A DNA stretch of 61,866 bases, the filler included, from Nemertoderma westbladi (Eukaryota; Animalia; Xenacoelomorpha): the NCBI GenBank assembly GCA_032718475.1. It is 3 parts of 3 records of this genome, joined end to end, with 100 filler letters (N's around TTAATTAATTAA, not from the genome) between each part and the next. Parts side by side here need not be neighbours in the genome. Positions count along the whole stretch, not along the records: positions 1 to 19,764 come from JAUCBJ010006661.1; 2 more parts are not named here. The stretch is one strand, 5' to 3'. Positions within the stretch are counted from its first letter, which is position 1, and each line of letters begins with the position of its first letter. The notes beneath the pieces were generated by a model. That model was not told the origin of the DNA, ran no database searches, and worked only from the letters and a program-made list of their open reading frames with translations. Shown piece after piece: positions 1 through 12,047 of this stretch. The position numbers and the translations under genes were made by a program.

Positions 1-1488
1 TTTTTTGAAATGGATGATGATATATTTATCTCTTTGGAAATGGAAGGTGAAATAGATATATTTTCCTCATCCAATGTCTTACGAATTTCAACAGCAGGGT
101 GACCAGAAGGCAATATTTTTAACTGAACTGTTCTGTTCTCAATGTTAACACAGTTACGATCCAAGTTTATAATGGCTTTCATTTTTGTGAGTGTAGGTCG
201 AGACAATAACAAAGGCAGTGTTCCGGAAATTAAATCCGCAGCAACTTTGTATACTTTAGTACCAATTGGTATCTCAACAATATAGTTATGATTGGCTGTA
301 CGTGTACGAGTTTCACCCCCGCCAAAGACATAGACAGAGTGTACTGAACGAGGAATTGGATTAACATTAAAGTATTGCTTATATGATTCAAACCAAACAT
401 GCCCCATTACAGTTTTGGTGCAAGCTGTATCCAAAATAGCAAATTGGCGATCGCAAAGTGAATCAGTTTGGCAGTTCACAGACAGCACGCTCTGTTCCAA
501 ATAAAAGGTTTCCTCAGTTGTAATGTTGCTGGTAACCTCATCATTACGATTTACTTCAGAATCATTCCCACTATTGTGTGGACAATCTGAAATTTCGTGT
601 AGAATTGATTCACAAAAATTACAAGAAATTTTATCCGGACAGTCACGAGCAAAATGAAGGACAGATTCACATATCCGACATCTGTTTTGAGGACCAGGTG
701 CAGAATGGTAGGAATTATTGCGTGATACTGAACGTGGTTGATATCTGAAACTACGACCATTGCTCTGAGCACCACGAAAGGCTGGTGATTTATTTGAACC
801 TGTAGCAGAAGGATAATAATTTGTCTTTCCATTATTCCAGCCTTTGAAATGACGATAATTACTGTTGTTACTGCCCCACAATGCTGAATCAGTTGGTAAT
901 TCTTGTACCGGTCCTTCACCAACTGATAGTTTGGAAATCTGGCCCCCAATTTCGGACATCATTCTCAAAAGTAGTTTCTTGACAGCTTCAAATTCGAGTT
1001 TTGAAGTCGCCAGGGGAATTCTACGTTCATTAGTCGAGATGTTTGATTTATGTATCAATTCTGCTGCAAGAATGGATGAGCCAAGATCGAGATTGAATTC
1101 ACGCAATTTACTAACATGAGACTCAAATTGTACAATAAATTCCTGGATACTAAGTGCATCGCTACGATAAAAGTTGCGAAAAGCCACAAAAGTATCATAT
1201 GCATCTTCCTCATGTTCTTTGAGGAATGTTTTATCTGGATGAGCTACCAACAATTCTACACCATCATCTACCTCAAAATCATTAATAGAGAGCTCAAGGG
1301 CTTTAGTTTTGGCAATTCCTTTCAGACTTAAGATTAAGGCTGCTGCTTGCTGTTGTTTATGGAGATCAGAAATAGACCTCCAAATTAAAATTTCTTTCTT
1401 CCAATCTCAATAATTATTAACCGCAGGGTTGAAAAATGGGTGGAGGCAACCTAAAGAACTTCTGACCCGCACCACCCCCTTCTGCCAT
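1..1488 (-). pseudogene. Decayed gag-protease region of a Ty1/Copia (GalEa-like) LTR retrotransposon; runs off the window edge
   Basis: Minus-strand translation with frameshift/stops: gag ..DWKKEILIWRSISDLHKQQQAAALILSLKGIAKTKALEL.., two CX2CX4HX4C knuckles (CRICESVLHFARDC, CNFCESILHEISDC, ~575-685) and aspartic protease FAILDTACTKTVMG..FGGG..LPLLLSR (~190-450). Confidence 0.85.
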
Positions 1489-1991
1489 GGTTGAATTTTA
1501 ATACTGCAATATTAGTAGGGTATGTAGGTATGTAAGCCTAAAGCATAAAGGAGACGTAACACTTGCTGCTTTATTGCTATGCTGGCCATGGGCAGCATAT
1601 GGTTTTGTTTCAGTAAACAAAGTAAATTAATGACCCAGTTATAAGAATACACCAGCAGAAAGTGTCCGAATAGCCTAAGAAAAGCAAACATAGGCAAAAA
1701 AATCCGTCACCAATATTCAATATATCATCACAAACCAGTAGGCCTATTAGGCCTAGTTGAAATATCGCGCCATCACGCATACAGGCATATGAATGAAGAA
1801 ACTCCGACTTCTCGGTAAATACCGGTATCTACCTACAGACCTTAGGATACTGCACTGGTAGAGTTGTACAGTTAGGCCTATACCGGTAGTTGCAGATCTA
1901 GCTTTGTAATTATCCAGCCTTCAGCTTCTATTTACCAACATCTCAGTTGAAATAATAATATACCAGTATAGCTTATATATCGCGCCATCAC

Positions 1992-2003
1992 GCTCTGCTA
2001 CCA
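1992..2003 (-). promoter_or_regulatory. Primer binding site TGGTAGCAGAGC (tRNA-iMet type) of the Copia element
   Basis: Reverse complement of gctctgctacca, 1 nt inside an ...AACA LTR end; this is the PBS described for GalEa Copia elements. Confidence 0.85.
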
Positions 2004-2004
2004 T

Positions 2005-2238
2005 TGTTTATTTTAATAATAATGTATTTCCGGTACAGCAGCTCAGACTGTTTCCTGTTATATATTCATCACAACAAAACCCTGGGTGGGTTGCCAGGAA
2101 TGGGGGGGGGGGGAGGGGGGGGGAGTAGCAGGAAAACACGGCAATCTAATTGCCTGGTTTTTATGAAGTGGTTTCATGAAGTGGTGCTAAGTTACTGAGT
2201 AAGAACATTAAGCCTGATAGTCCTGGAACCAGCTAACA
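2005..2238 (-). mobile_element. Putative 5' LTR of the Copia element
   Basis: Minus strand TGTT...AACA segment directly upstream of the PBS; the outer boundary is inferred because no second LTR is in the window. Confidence 0.55.
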
Positions 2239-2559
2239 CAGGACTAAGTATACGTAATATGGCCTGCACGGGTACGCGTCACCGGTACAAATAATAGTTT
2301 CAGCTTATCGATGTACCGATAGTGTTGAGCTTCCGCTATCAGCTGAATTGGTACCTTACTGATGTAGGCCTACACATCAATACGGTATGACATTTGTTTC
2401 AGTATTAAACTTGCACCAAACTGAGCACTAAAGATTGATTCAGTCCAGTGCTAAATGTTAGTAACTAAATTGGATAGGCCTATTTGCATCGGTCCGGTAG
2501 GCTATTATCTCATTGATTGTATCATGGCTGCATGGACTCAGACCAGCAGAAAATCGACC

Positions 2560-2760
2560 ATGATAGTGAATTCATGTGAATGACTTCTGCTATCTTAGAT
2601 CATGGGTTAGGATGTCTGATGAAGATCTCTGAATTAGCAAAAGGAAAACCAGGTCTGCCATTCACAAGTAGGCCAGGATCTGAAAGAGATGCGATATCTC
2701 ATGTAAATGTAACCTCTTCCGTGCAGCAGTAGAGCCTGTGCTGCTCTATGACAGCCAAGG
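2560..2760 (+). pseudogene. Old RTE LINE fragment (left part of an interrupted copy)
   Basis: Degenerate translation HVNDFCYLRSWVRMSDEDL..LFRAAVEPVLLYDS matches the RTE copy at 23206-23952 (HVDDFCYLGSWIRKSGEDL..LFRAAVVQVLLYGS). Confidence 0.8.
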
Positions 2761-2885
2761 TGTACTAAATAACAGGTCATGCAGCGAGAATTGGCCTCCA
2801 ATTATTGGAGGCTGAACATTTTTATTAAAGTGGGAGGGTGTACCTACGATTTTAAATCACACAAGATTAATAAAATTACCCATAT

Positions 2886-3280
2886 TGGGGTTTTCGTAGT
2901 CGGTGATTCCATTTCCGATGTCAGTATTTATTTTTGACGGAATTTAGAATGTCTGTTTGTCTGTCTGTATGAGTGAGAAAAAATAAGGAAGATCACCACA
3001 TAGCTAAAAAATGCTAAAATATTTTTATAGGGGTTTTCCTGGTCGGTGAGTACATTTCCAATGTCAATTTTCATGTTTGAAGGAATCTGGACTGTCTGTC
3101 TGTATGTCTGTTTGTTTGTCTGTATGTCTGTCAAAAAATAAAGAAGTTTACCACATATCTAAAATGTTCACTATAGCGGTTTTCCTAGTCGGTGATTTCA
3201 TTTCCAATATCAGTTTTCATGTTTGACGGAATCTGGACTGTCTGTATGTCTGTTTGTTTGTCTGTATGTGTCTGTCAATA
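2886..3280. repeat. Three ~145-bp subterminal tandem repeats carrying GTCT/GTTT microsatellites
   Basis: ggttttcc/gtagtcggtga..atttcc..tttga..ggaat..gtctgt recurs at ~2887, ~3030 and ~3177. Confidence 0.8.
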
Positions 3281-3412
3281 TGTAATATCATTAGAGTTAT
3301 TATAACTGCTTCAAAAAATCGATTGAATTTACTACTATTAATACTAAAACTATAATAAAATAATACATATAAATTTAAAGCACAAGTTATATTCAGTTTA
3401 AGTAGAAAACAA

Positions 3413-6133
3413 TTACTGCAGCTTTTTTATTTTTGAAGGCACTTTCACATTCGATATTTTTCGTAAGGGGGTGGAGAATTTGCAAAAATTACTAAACAAT
3501 ATGTTAGAAATTTTTCGCAACAGGGAATCAGGGAATTGGGAATCTCTTGAATATGTATTTGAAATTTTTGTTAAAGCACCAATCAGACTCTTTCGGCAAA
3601 ATTTAGTAATGGAACTGCGATAAAATTTCGTGCATAAATAACAATAAAAAAATAGTTCATCTGATGGGTAAGAAAGACCTCCTCTATTTAGCTCGGTAAT
3701 AAATAAATATTGCTGGGTGTATTCCTGTGGTATGGAGTCGAATCCTATCTTGTATTGCGGAAAAGATTTTGCAATATACCCAGCCATATAAACAATGGAT
3801 AAACTCTCGACTGAGCTATGTAGATGAGCTGGAGTAACATCGCTCAAACAAGCAATAATGGTATCGTCGGCATCTGTCAATTCAATATTGCATGAACCGC
3901 AATTATGGCCCTGTTCACCAAGATCAATATTCAAATCCAATCTCAGGTATAAGCTAGCTGAGTCAATACGGTGCGTCTCTACAAATTGTTGAACAGCTAG
4001 ATAATAATTTCCCCCATGCGATTGCCGTATATGACCAAAATATCCTTCCAAATCATCGTCTTGGAAGAAATTAAGACAGACATATTTGTGCCTTACTGGG
4101 AGATCAGTGATGAGTAGGAATTCTGCGAGTTCTATCATTCCTTTACAAGTTTCAACTAACCCGAGGGATGTTTGCCTGGTAAGGCATTTAAACCGCTTGT
4201 TAGAAATGCGTTTTTGTTGCTTGGATATTCGGGTTGTTCTGCCAGGAATAACATTTTGCAATGAACACCTTCCCACTAATCGCCGCTTGGCTGGAGGTTT
4301 ACAGACTCTGGGTTTAACAACTTTATGAGTAATAACCCGCGGTTTGCTACCCATAAATCCAAATAATACAGACATTTTCGATAAAAATAAAAGACTTGGA
4401 TGGTCTACCCTATCAATAACTTTACGATCTAAATCGTTGAAGCGAATTGCCTCGAAAGTTGTTTTAACATTAACAACCTTCCACCACTTTAGAACAATTT
4501 CTATAAATAAAGCAGTATCCGCGGTGGTAGAAGATAGACTGAGAATACGCAGCGCAGCTACTGTCTTCTCGTTGAATACACGCAGGCACAGTTTGACATT
4601 TTGTCGCTGTATTGAAGTCGGCCAAACCGAATCGTGATTAAGTTTTGTAAGTTTCAACAAGTTGGTTTTCTCAGCATTAAATAGTAGAACAATATCTGAC
4701 CAACAGGCACATCGAGTTGTTTTTGAAACATCATCAGGATCAAAAAATTCAAGTTTCTGTAATTTTTCCGTTATCCAGTTATTTCTAATCAATTTAAGGA
4801 GATGCACGGTATCCTTCAGGTGTAATAACGGGGTTGGCGGGGATCGTCCAACCGGAATAGGAAAATCGTGCGCAAACTTACGATTCACATTAGTGTTGTC
4901 AGTAATAGTTGCCAATACAATACCCCCAAATTCTTCGATCGAATTAATGGCATTCTTTACAACGGTCACTTGGAATGCAGAATCTAGCGAATTAATTGGT
5001 ATCATTTTTACAACAAACTTGATGTTCGTGAACAAAAACTTCACCATGAGACACAAAAGAGTCTTCGCCATTTCGTCGGGTTTGTCAAGAGCCTTGCCGT
5101 AAACCTCTCCACTGTGGTAGGTCAATTGTTCACTAACATAGACTTCATCGATTAATATAATTGAGTACTTTGATCGAGGTTGAAGTTTCGCTAACATTGA
5201 TTTAATGTAATCGTTTTGAGGGACATTGCTCACCATAGAAGTGAGCGCTTGCAGGGTGCGTATTGACGGCAGTTGTAGCAAGTCTCTCAATTCAATGTAT
5301 AATCGACGAGATTTAGAATACAAGTGAAACGCGGTAATTAAATCATACCTCGAATAAATTCGACGATTTTTCGGAATATTAAGTAATTCTATTTGATGAA
5401 GGATAAAGTTCCATTTGGAACGATTAGTTTCATCATCTTCTTTCTCTTCCTGGTCATGTTTAATAAATCGTATGAGTTCCTCAAGCTCACTCCACATAAG
5501 GATATTTCGAATAAATGGATGTATAACCTTCCTTAATCCATAGAAACATCTGAGATTGGCAGATTCTATATTTGTAGCTGTAGGTAAAGCATTCAAGTGG
5601 AGAGACCATAAGGCATAGGGGGTATCAAGGTTTCTTTCTATACTAGATATATAAAATACGTCGTCATGTAATGTAATATCGGCAACGTCAGAGTAGCGCT
5701 TGGAAAACTCACCCAAGAATGTGGGGAATGTAATTGAATCGCGTTGTTTAAACTCAAGCATTTCATCTACCCCAGGAGACCGCACTTCGACTGTAGTCTT
5801 TGTAGAACTTGGTCGGGGAGGCGGTGGTGGCGTGGGTATGCAGGTTGGCGGAACGTTCGGAAATATGCTGGGAGGATGTATCGGCACTCTGGATCCCCCC
5901 TGCACGCCTTTAGTTTCTACACCAGGCGGCCAATGCACTGAACAGATTCCCATATTTTTTGTAACATCTTCTGGCTTAACGATATTCGGTAGGCGTTGCA
6001 ACCAGGCTTGCAATGCAAGTGGATCAGTTGGAAAGCGATATATTGGAATTTTTGTCTCCCCTGCTCCTAGAGTTCCATCCTTGAGTTTATCGTATCCAGT
6101 TCGGCAACCTCCAACACTACATTTCCTCGGCAT
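3413..6133 (-). CDS. THAP-domain P-element/THAP9-like transposase (~906 aa, uninterrupted ORF)
   Basis: N-terminal THAP (MPRKCSVGGC..YRFP..W..ICSVHW..HPPSIF), RNase H-like catalytic motifs IILIDEVY, TITDNTNVN, DTVHLLKLIRNNW, QNVKLCLRVF and QDDDLEGYFGHIRQ. First ATG is at 6133 (the ORF track starts at TTG 6160). Confidence 0.93.
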   Translation of the reverse strand: MPRKCSVGGCRTGYDKLKDGTLGAGETKIPIYRFPTDPLALQAWLQRLPNIVKPEDVTKNMGICSVHWPPGVETKGVQGGSRVPIHPPSIFPNVPPTCIPTPPPPPRPSSTKTTVEVRSPGVDEMLEFKQRDSITFPTFLGEFSKRYSDVADITLHDDVFYISSIERNLDTPYALWSLHLNALPTATNIESANLRCFYGLRKVIHPFIRNILMWSELEELIRFIKHDQEEKEDDETNRSKWNFILHQIELLNIPKNRRIYSRYDLITAFHLYSKSRRLYIELRDLLQLPSIRTLQALTSMVSNVPQNDYIKSMLAKLQPRSKYSIILIDEVYVSEQLTYHSGEVYGKALDKPDEMAKTLLCLMVKFLFTNIKFVVKMIPINSLDSAFQVTVVKNAINSIEEFGGIVLATITDNTNVNRKFAHDFPIPVGRSPPTPLLHLKDTVHLLKLIRNNWITEKLQKLEFFDPDDVSKTTRCACWSDIVLLFNAEKTNLLKLTKLNHDSVWPTSIQRQNVKLCLRVFNEKTVAALRILSLSSTTADTALFIEIVLKWWKVVNVKTTFEAIRFNDLDRKVIDRVDHPSLLFLSKMSVLFGFMGSKPRVITHKVVKPRVCKPPAKRRLVGRCSLQNVIPGRTTRISKQQKRISNKRFKCLTRQTSLGLVETCKGMIELAEFLLITDLPVRHKYVCLNFFQDDDLEGYFGHIRQSHGGNYYLAVQQFVETHRIDSASLYLRLDLNIDLGEQGHNCGSCNIELTDADDTIIACLSDVTPAHLHSSVESLSIVYMAGYIAKSFPQYKIGFDSIPQEYTQQYLFITELNRGGLSYPSDELFFYCYLCTKFYRSSITKFCRKSLIGALTKISNTYSRDSQFPDSLLRKISNILFSNFCKFSTPLRKISNVKVPSKIKKLQ

Positions 6134-6533
6134 ATTCAATATCAACTCGGCCTTATACAATTATACAAATTGCGACAACCAGAATACAGGAATACAGCAA
6201 TATCAGAATTTACTTTAAGGCAGCTAGCTATTCAATAAGCCATGCCTACTTTCGGCCTACCCACCCCGTACCCGCTAACCTGTCTACTTTATGACTTTAT
6301 TAATTAGCTAATTAGCCGCAGAACTGTTAGGCTAGGCCTATTGCTGTAATGAAACAGTAAAAGCCAGAAAGCTGAAATTCATTATACTGTTATATCAGCA
6401 ACAGGTGCCTGACTGCCTGAGTACCGGTACTGTTATACACAACAGCGCAAACTGGTACAGAGAGAGCACTGCCTGAGTGCTGCACTAGCTGATGCGTAAT
6501 TTTAGTAATCTTGTGTGATTTAAAATCTTAGGT

Positions 6534-7932
6534 TTCCCCCCAGACAGTTCCCCCCGGATACTTCCCCCCCCCGACTGTTCTTAACTTCGCACATTCGTAT
6601 TTTTCATTTTGTAAGGTAAACGGACCGCTTGTATCCAGATAAGTTGTATCCAATTTTCCTTTCGTAGCTCAGAAAGTAATCTTTTGCATCCCGATTTTAC
6701 ATTTTATATTTTTATATATATATTTTTATTTTTATTTTATTTATGGGTTTTATCAATGCAATTACATCGTATTCTTTGCTAATCTTTAAACAATTAATTA
6801 GATGACCTATAAATTCCATCCCCCGAATGATATACTATTTTTATTAACTATAGAATTATAATAATTAATTGTTTTAATTATAGGTATTATTATGTAATAG
6901 TCTTCTTCAAATTGTAGCAGATAGGGATGAATATTATTGTTGCAATCCAAAATTATACCTCTCCAGGGTAAAATCGACATGCGTCGACCTGTATTCTGTG
7001 TTCATCTGTATTCTGTGTCCGTGTTAAAATTAATCTGGGTGCATCAAAGCAATAAACAAAAGTTAAAGATGGTTACAGGACAAGTTGTATCTAGACAAGT
7101 TTTTTCAAAATTATAAAAGAAACATTTTTATAGTCAAATTTTGTTTGTTTTTCTTTTAATTGGGGGCTGCCACCCCCAAACCCCCGCTTCTTTTGTTGGG
7201 ACTAAAAGTAGGAGCTGTATTGAATGTTAACCAAATTAATATATAAATTACTACATTATTATATAATTCAACAAAATCCTATTAAAAATATTGCAAGTAA
7301 CCAGGAAATTTAATATGTAGTGTGTATAATATCTATATAGTATGTATAGTAATATGTATATCAATATGTAATGCTGAACGCAGAATACAGGTCGACGCAT
7401 GTCGATTTTACCCTGGAGAGGTATGATTTTGATTGCAACAATAATATATTCATCCCCATCTGCTACAATTTGAAGAATACTATTACATAATAATACCTAT
7501 AATTAAAACAATTAATTATTATAATTCTATAGTTAATAAAAACAGTATATCATTCGGGGGATGGAATTTATAGGTCATCTAATTAATTGTTTAAAGATTA
7601 GTAAACAATACGATGTAATTGCATTGATAAAACCCATAAATAAAACTTGGATATAAAATGTAAAATCGGCATGCAAAAGATCACTTTCTGAGCTACGAAA
7701 GGAAAATTGGATACAACTTATCTGGATACAAGCGGTTCGTTTACCTTACAAAAAGAAAAATACGAATGTGCGAAGTTAAGAACAGTCGGGGGGGAAGTGT
7801 CCGGGAGGGAAGTGTCTGGGGGGGAAGTGTCCGGGGGGGAAGTGTGCTACTTGAGCGGGCGGGAACTGTCCGGGGGGGGGGGGGGGGGGTAGTGTCCGGG
7901 GGGAAGTGTCCGGGGGGAAGTGTCCGAACACC
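6534..7932. mobile_element. Non-autonomous foldback/MITE-like element with ~460-bp inverted arms and terminal GGGGAAGTGTCC tandem repeats
   Basis: ~6534-6997 is the reverse complement of ~7381-7825 with a few mismatches. The right arm continues as (ggggaagtgtcc)n to ...gtccgaacacc; the left arm is truncated against the P-element TIR. Confidence 0.85.
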
Positions 7933-7934
7933 AT

Positions 7935-8200
7935 GAGGTGATATACAACTTTGCAACATCTCATTGGAAAGACCCAGCTTCACCCTGCAGAGATGCCGGT
8001 TGTCGAATACACTATTCCGAAGGCAGGATCAACCTGTACATACACAGCCTTGTGCTGCGGCAACCTGCTGGTGAGAATAGACGTTACCGGTAGTGGTTAG
8101 CCAATGATTTTTCTCAAAAGCCTGTTAAAGGACACTGGACAATGAACTGGGAATGTGTCTGCCGGCACTGCACCGTAGACCATTGTGGAAGAAGCTGAGC
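7935..8200 (+). pseudogene. Old RTE LINE fragment (right part of the interrupted copy)
   Basis: Degenerate SFTLQRCRL..FRRQDQPVH..LVLRQP..FLKSLLKDTG matches the RTE C-terminus at 22964-23209. Confidence 0.7.
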
Positions 8201-11200
8201 TTATTTGATCTCTACTGAGGTGCCAATTAGGTCATCTAGGGCTGGTACACCCCCAAGAGGTCCTAACAACCCAAGTACTTGCACAATTTTCTCATTTCTG
8301 AATTAACCGTTTATTATTTCAAATGTTCAAGTCAAAATTTCAAAATTTCAATTTCCAATCAAATTACGGAATTTTTTTATATATATTTTTTAACTATAAA
8401 ATTATTTAACTTCGTTTTATCTAATTAACTTCCTTTATTTTTAGAAAAAGAAGTGAAAGAAGGCAAATTGTTCAGATAATATTCTTGTAGATAACAACGT
8501 TTTAATCCCATGTGCACTTCATAGAAATAAACAATAGTAGCTACAACACTGGAGACATATATAGATACACCCACGCTGTTTTTTAATCTATTATCTTTGT
8601 TATTTTTTGATACTCTAACCTAGTGAGTGACCCTGGATTCTTTCCACTTTCCTGCTTGAATTCATTTGCTATTAATTATTACGACATAACATTTCGCACT
8701 CTAAGTTTATTCATAAAGACATCAAAGGAAATATATATCTTTGAGAGAACTAATGCATATTCAAGGGAAGAACCTCGATAAATATCCGTTCACCTCGCTC
8801 GTCGTGTGTGTTAATCAAATACGTAATGATTTCTTTGAAAAATACAATAATAAATTGAACATCGGGCGCAATCGAAGTAAAGTTAACTATGAAATAAAGA
8901 GACCGGTATCTTCTCTATACAGTACTTTATTAAGTGTTGAATAAAATTACGTAAACCGTGAAGTATATTTCCTACTCTTTAACTCGCCCCACATTGAATT
9001 TAGGACAAATAAGGACAAAACATATATGATATGTCTATATACATGTCTATAAGACATATGTCATTATCGACAGTCAGTTTATTGTGGTTAGAATAACGTG
9101 CCTCTGCAACCTGCTCCTTTCCCTTAATTGATAATTTAATATTGCGACGTGATATGAATTTGCTTTAAGGACAACTCGAATCTAAGCAGAGTTGTCCGTA
9201 GATTGTCGAACTTTATTTGGAACTTATACATGCAGAATCGAGCAGAGCATGAAATATAACCAAAACACCCCATTCTCTCGAACCTGAACACACCATTCCA
9301 AACTCACACGTACCAATATAAATAAATTATACATTCCAACCTCCCAGCAAATCACTTTCCTATTGTCCAGAAGTAAATTACAGTTTCTGTTTTGTGGCAT
9401 TAAAAGCGCTGAAATCTCAATTCCTGTCAGTTACTGCCGCTACTAGAGTTTAACTATTAAAGAGTTTTGTAATCACGATTGATACATAATGGTGGGGGAC
9501 CCATAACCAACAATGCACCAGGTTATTAAAGATGTGGGACGCCTTTATCCTTCGACAAACACACGTCCTATAGTTAATGAGAGGGCATTCAATTACATGT
9601 GGATAATAATACGCCCACTGAATACCGTTAGCTGGCACTCCAAAATAGAAGCACTTAGAACATAATTGAATAACTAAAGCTGAAGTGGCTATCCTTTTTG
9701 GAAGGTTTCGATGCGTTTAATAGGATTTAGTAAGCTGCGTAAAAGCACGATTTAGGGACGGGTTTGGAGCTGGGAAGTCAGGGGTAAGTTGGTAGATGAC
9801 AGCCGGGGGCCGTTCCATCAAACCGATCTCCTTTCAAATTGTAACTCGATTTATCATTCGGGCAAACGATGTCGTAAGGTTTAGGGTTGTTCGGTCGAAG
9901 TTAAAGTGGTTAGTTACTCGAGAATAGCCTCTAGTTGTGTTGCCTATCTCATTACAAATGGTTAAATGGGTTTAACGGCAGCCCCTTTGATTGAGTTCCC
10001 CCAATAATGGTGACGGTATCGGTTTTCTTGAGTTTGTTAGTTAACAATGGAAATTCTCGTCATCTTAGAATCACGAATTAAATCTCGGTTTACAATCATT
10101 TACTAGAAATAAGGTCGATATTGTAACATGAAATCTTGTCATTTCTAAGTCACTTTAGGCTCACTTAATTAAGGTATTTCTGTAAAATAATATCTTTACC
10201 ACGAATTAATGATGTTCAACTGTCTTTATTAAATATACAAATTAAATCACAAACTGCTGACTGTATGTATATGTACCTTCGAATTGCGAGTAATGTTTCC
10301 AACCCTTTTGTACTTGCACGCGTACATCACTATATCAGTATGAGCGATCCGGAATTCATACCTGTAATCTGTAATATTATTACTGTAGTTCGCAATTTGA
10401 ATGGTCTCAGGACTTTTCGATCCCACTTTTGATCCACTTTAGGGTAATGTAATCTTATCTAAAATGGTACTATGGATCCGCCTATATTTAGGATGTTACC
10501 GTTAACAGTTAACTCTACTATAGTCCTTGCATTGGGTAAGTTGTGGGTTACATGTTATGTTGGTCACGCACAAAAACTAATTAAAATTATTGTCATGTAA
10601 CCAAAATCCTAGATCATAATTTGAGAAATTTCCTACAAATCGAAGAAATTTGTTAATTCCTTAGATTATAACTCAGGGTTAATTAATATTTGTTCTTGAA
10701 AAGAGTTTTATACTGGAAACTAATTTACTAAATTTTGTGATCATTTTAGATTTGTATTTTGTGCAAAACTACTAAACTACTACACTACAAAACTGTCTCG
10801 TCTACAATAATACTATTTTTCATGTATTTGTCGTGTATCGTATATACCATACTACAGTATGTTAGTTATGTTAACAAATGAATTAAATACATTTTTCTCC
10901 ATTACAGTTCCAGAAATATTTTGGTTTAATTTGTAAAAATTATGTTGTTATTTAGCACTTTACAACTTTAGAGGGTTATTACAGTATTGCAGTGGTGTAT
11001 TATTATTTATTATGTAATGTCCCGACGGCGTGATTGTAAAGTCACGCCGTTATAGTTACCACATAAACAATTGTTGGTATTTATTATTGATTGCCTGACA
11101 GTCAGATAGGCCTACTGCATTACCTACCGGTAGGTATTAACATGTCATATTTATTTATACAGCAACTAATTTAATTTGTGCAGTTTCTATCACTTATAAT

Positions 11201-12047
11201 ATATATGTACTATCATTTCGTAATGTTAAAATTTTGGAATAAAACTACATACATACATACTTGTTGCATAGATCTCGTGTTCTAATCCTTGTGGCTTTAT
11301 TTTCACTCACTCACTATCTTCGTTCGTGTACCAAAGCACTCGGATCATCCCACTCACCGTCGATGACCACATGAAGCCGGAATTTTCAATTTTGCCTGTA
11401 AAGTTTTTATTTTTTATTTTTATTTCGTTATTAAAAAAGTGTCTTTTGCGAAATTGCACATCTCCTACTATCGTCACCATCCTTTACATTGGATATCATT
11501 GGAAAGCTTGCTTTGCAAGGATCCCAAATATGTAACAATATCTGAATTTCGCTTAGAAACAGCTGAGATATAGACGTTCAAATATTTCAAGAAGTATCGT
11601 TCATTGAAGGTTATTATTATTCTATTTAATAAATACCGGTACACAATGTTCTGGAACATTTTGTTTATGTATGAATAGCTAATTATTTATTATATAAGTA
11701 ATAATAATTGGTTTTAATAATAATCGATTTTTTTTTGAAAAAAAAATTATATAATAAATATGGATTTGATATAAATCATATTCGTTTAAGTTATATGTTA
11801 TTATCTATGAAAAATATTAAAGAAGAAGCTTCTTCACAAAGAAACATCACTTATGGTCTTGATTGAACTAATAAAATCATAATTAGGTGATTAAATTCAC
11901 CTCCTTCTGCTAATTCTAATGTCAGACTACTGTCCACCAAGCCGCCATACGTGTTTCAAGGTTCGTGCAACGACTACCGAGGTTCCGGGCCCAGTTGTGG
12001 GTGGTGGCCGGTGACCCAGTTACTGGTACCCACCCCGGGGCCGACGT

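Larger units (their letters stand above)
2842..6533 (-). mobile_element. P-superfamily (THAP) DNA transposon with 38-bp terminal inverted repeats
   Basis: acctacgattttaaatcacacaagattaataaaattac (2842-2879) vs gtaattttagtaatcttgtgtgatttaaaatcttaggt (6496-6533), 2 mismatches, enclosing the transposase ORF. No TSD found. Confidence 0.85.

Noticed and set aside
2825-2841. Kolobok assignment from TTAA-AG at the left of the THAP element
   Set aside because: The protein has P-element motifs, there is no second ORF and no matching CT-TTAA on the right.
4086-6218. Plus-strand ORFs overlapping the transposase
   Set aside because: Antisense shadows with no recognisable motifs.
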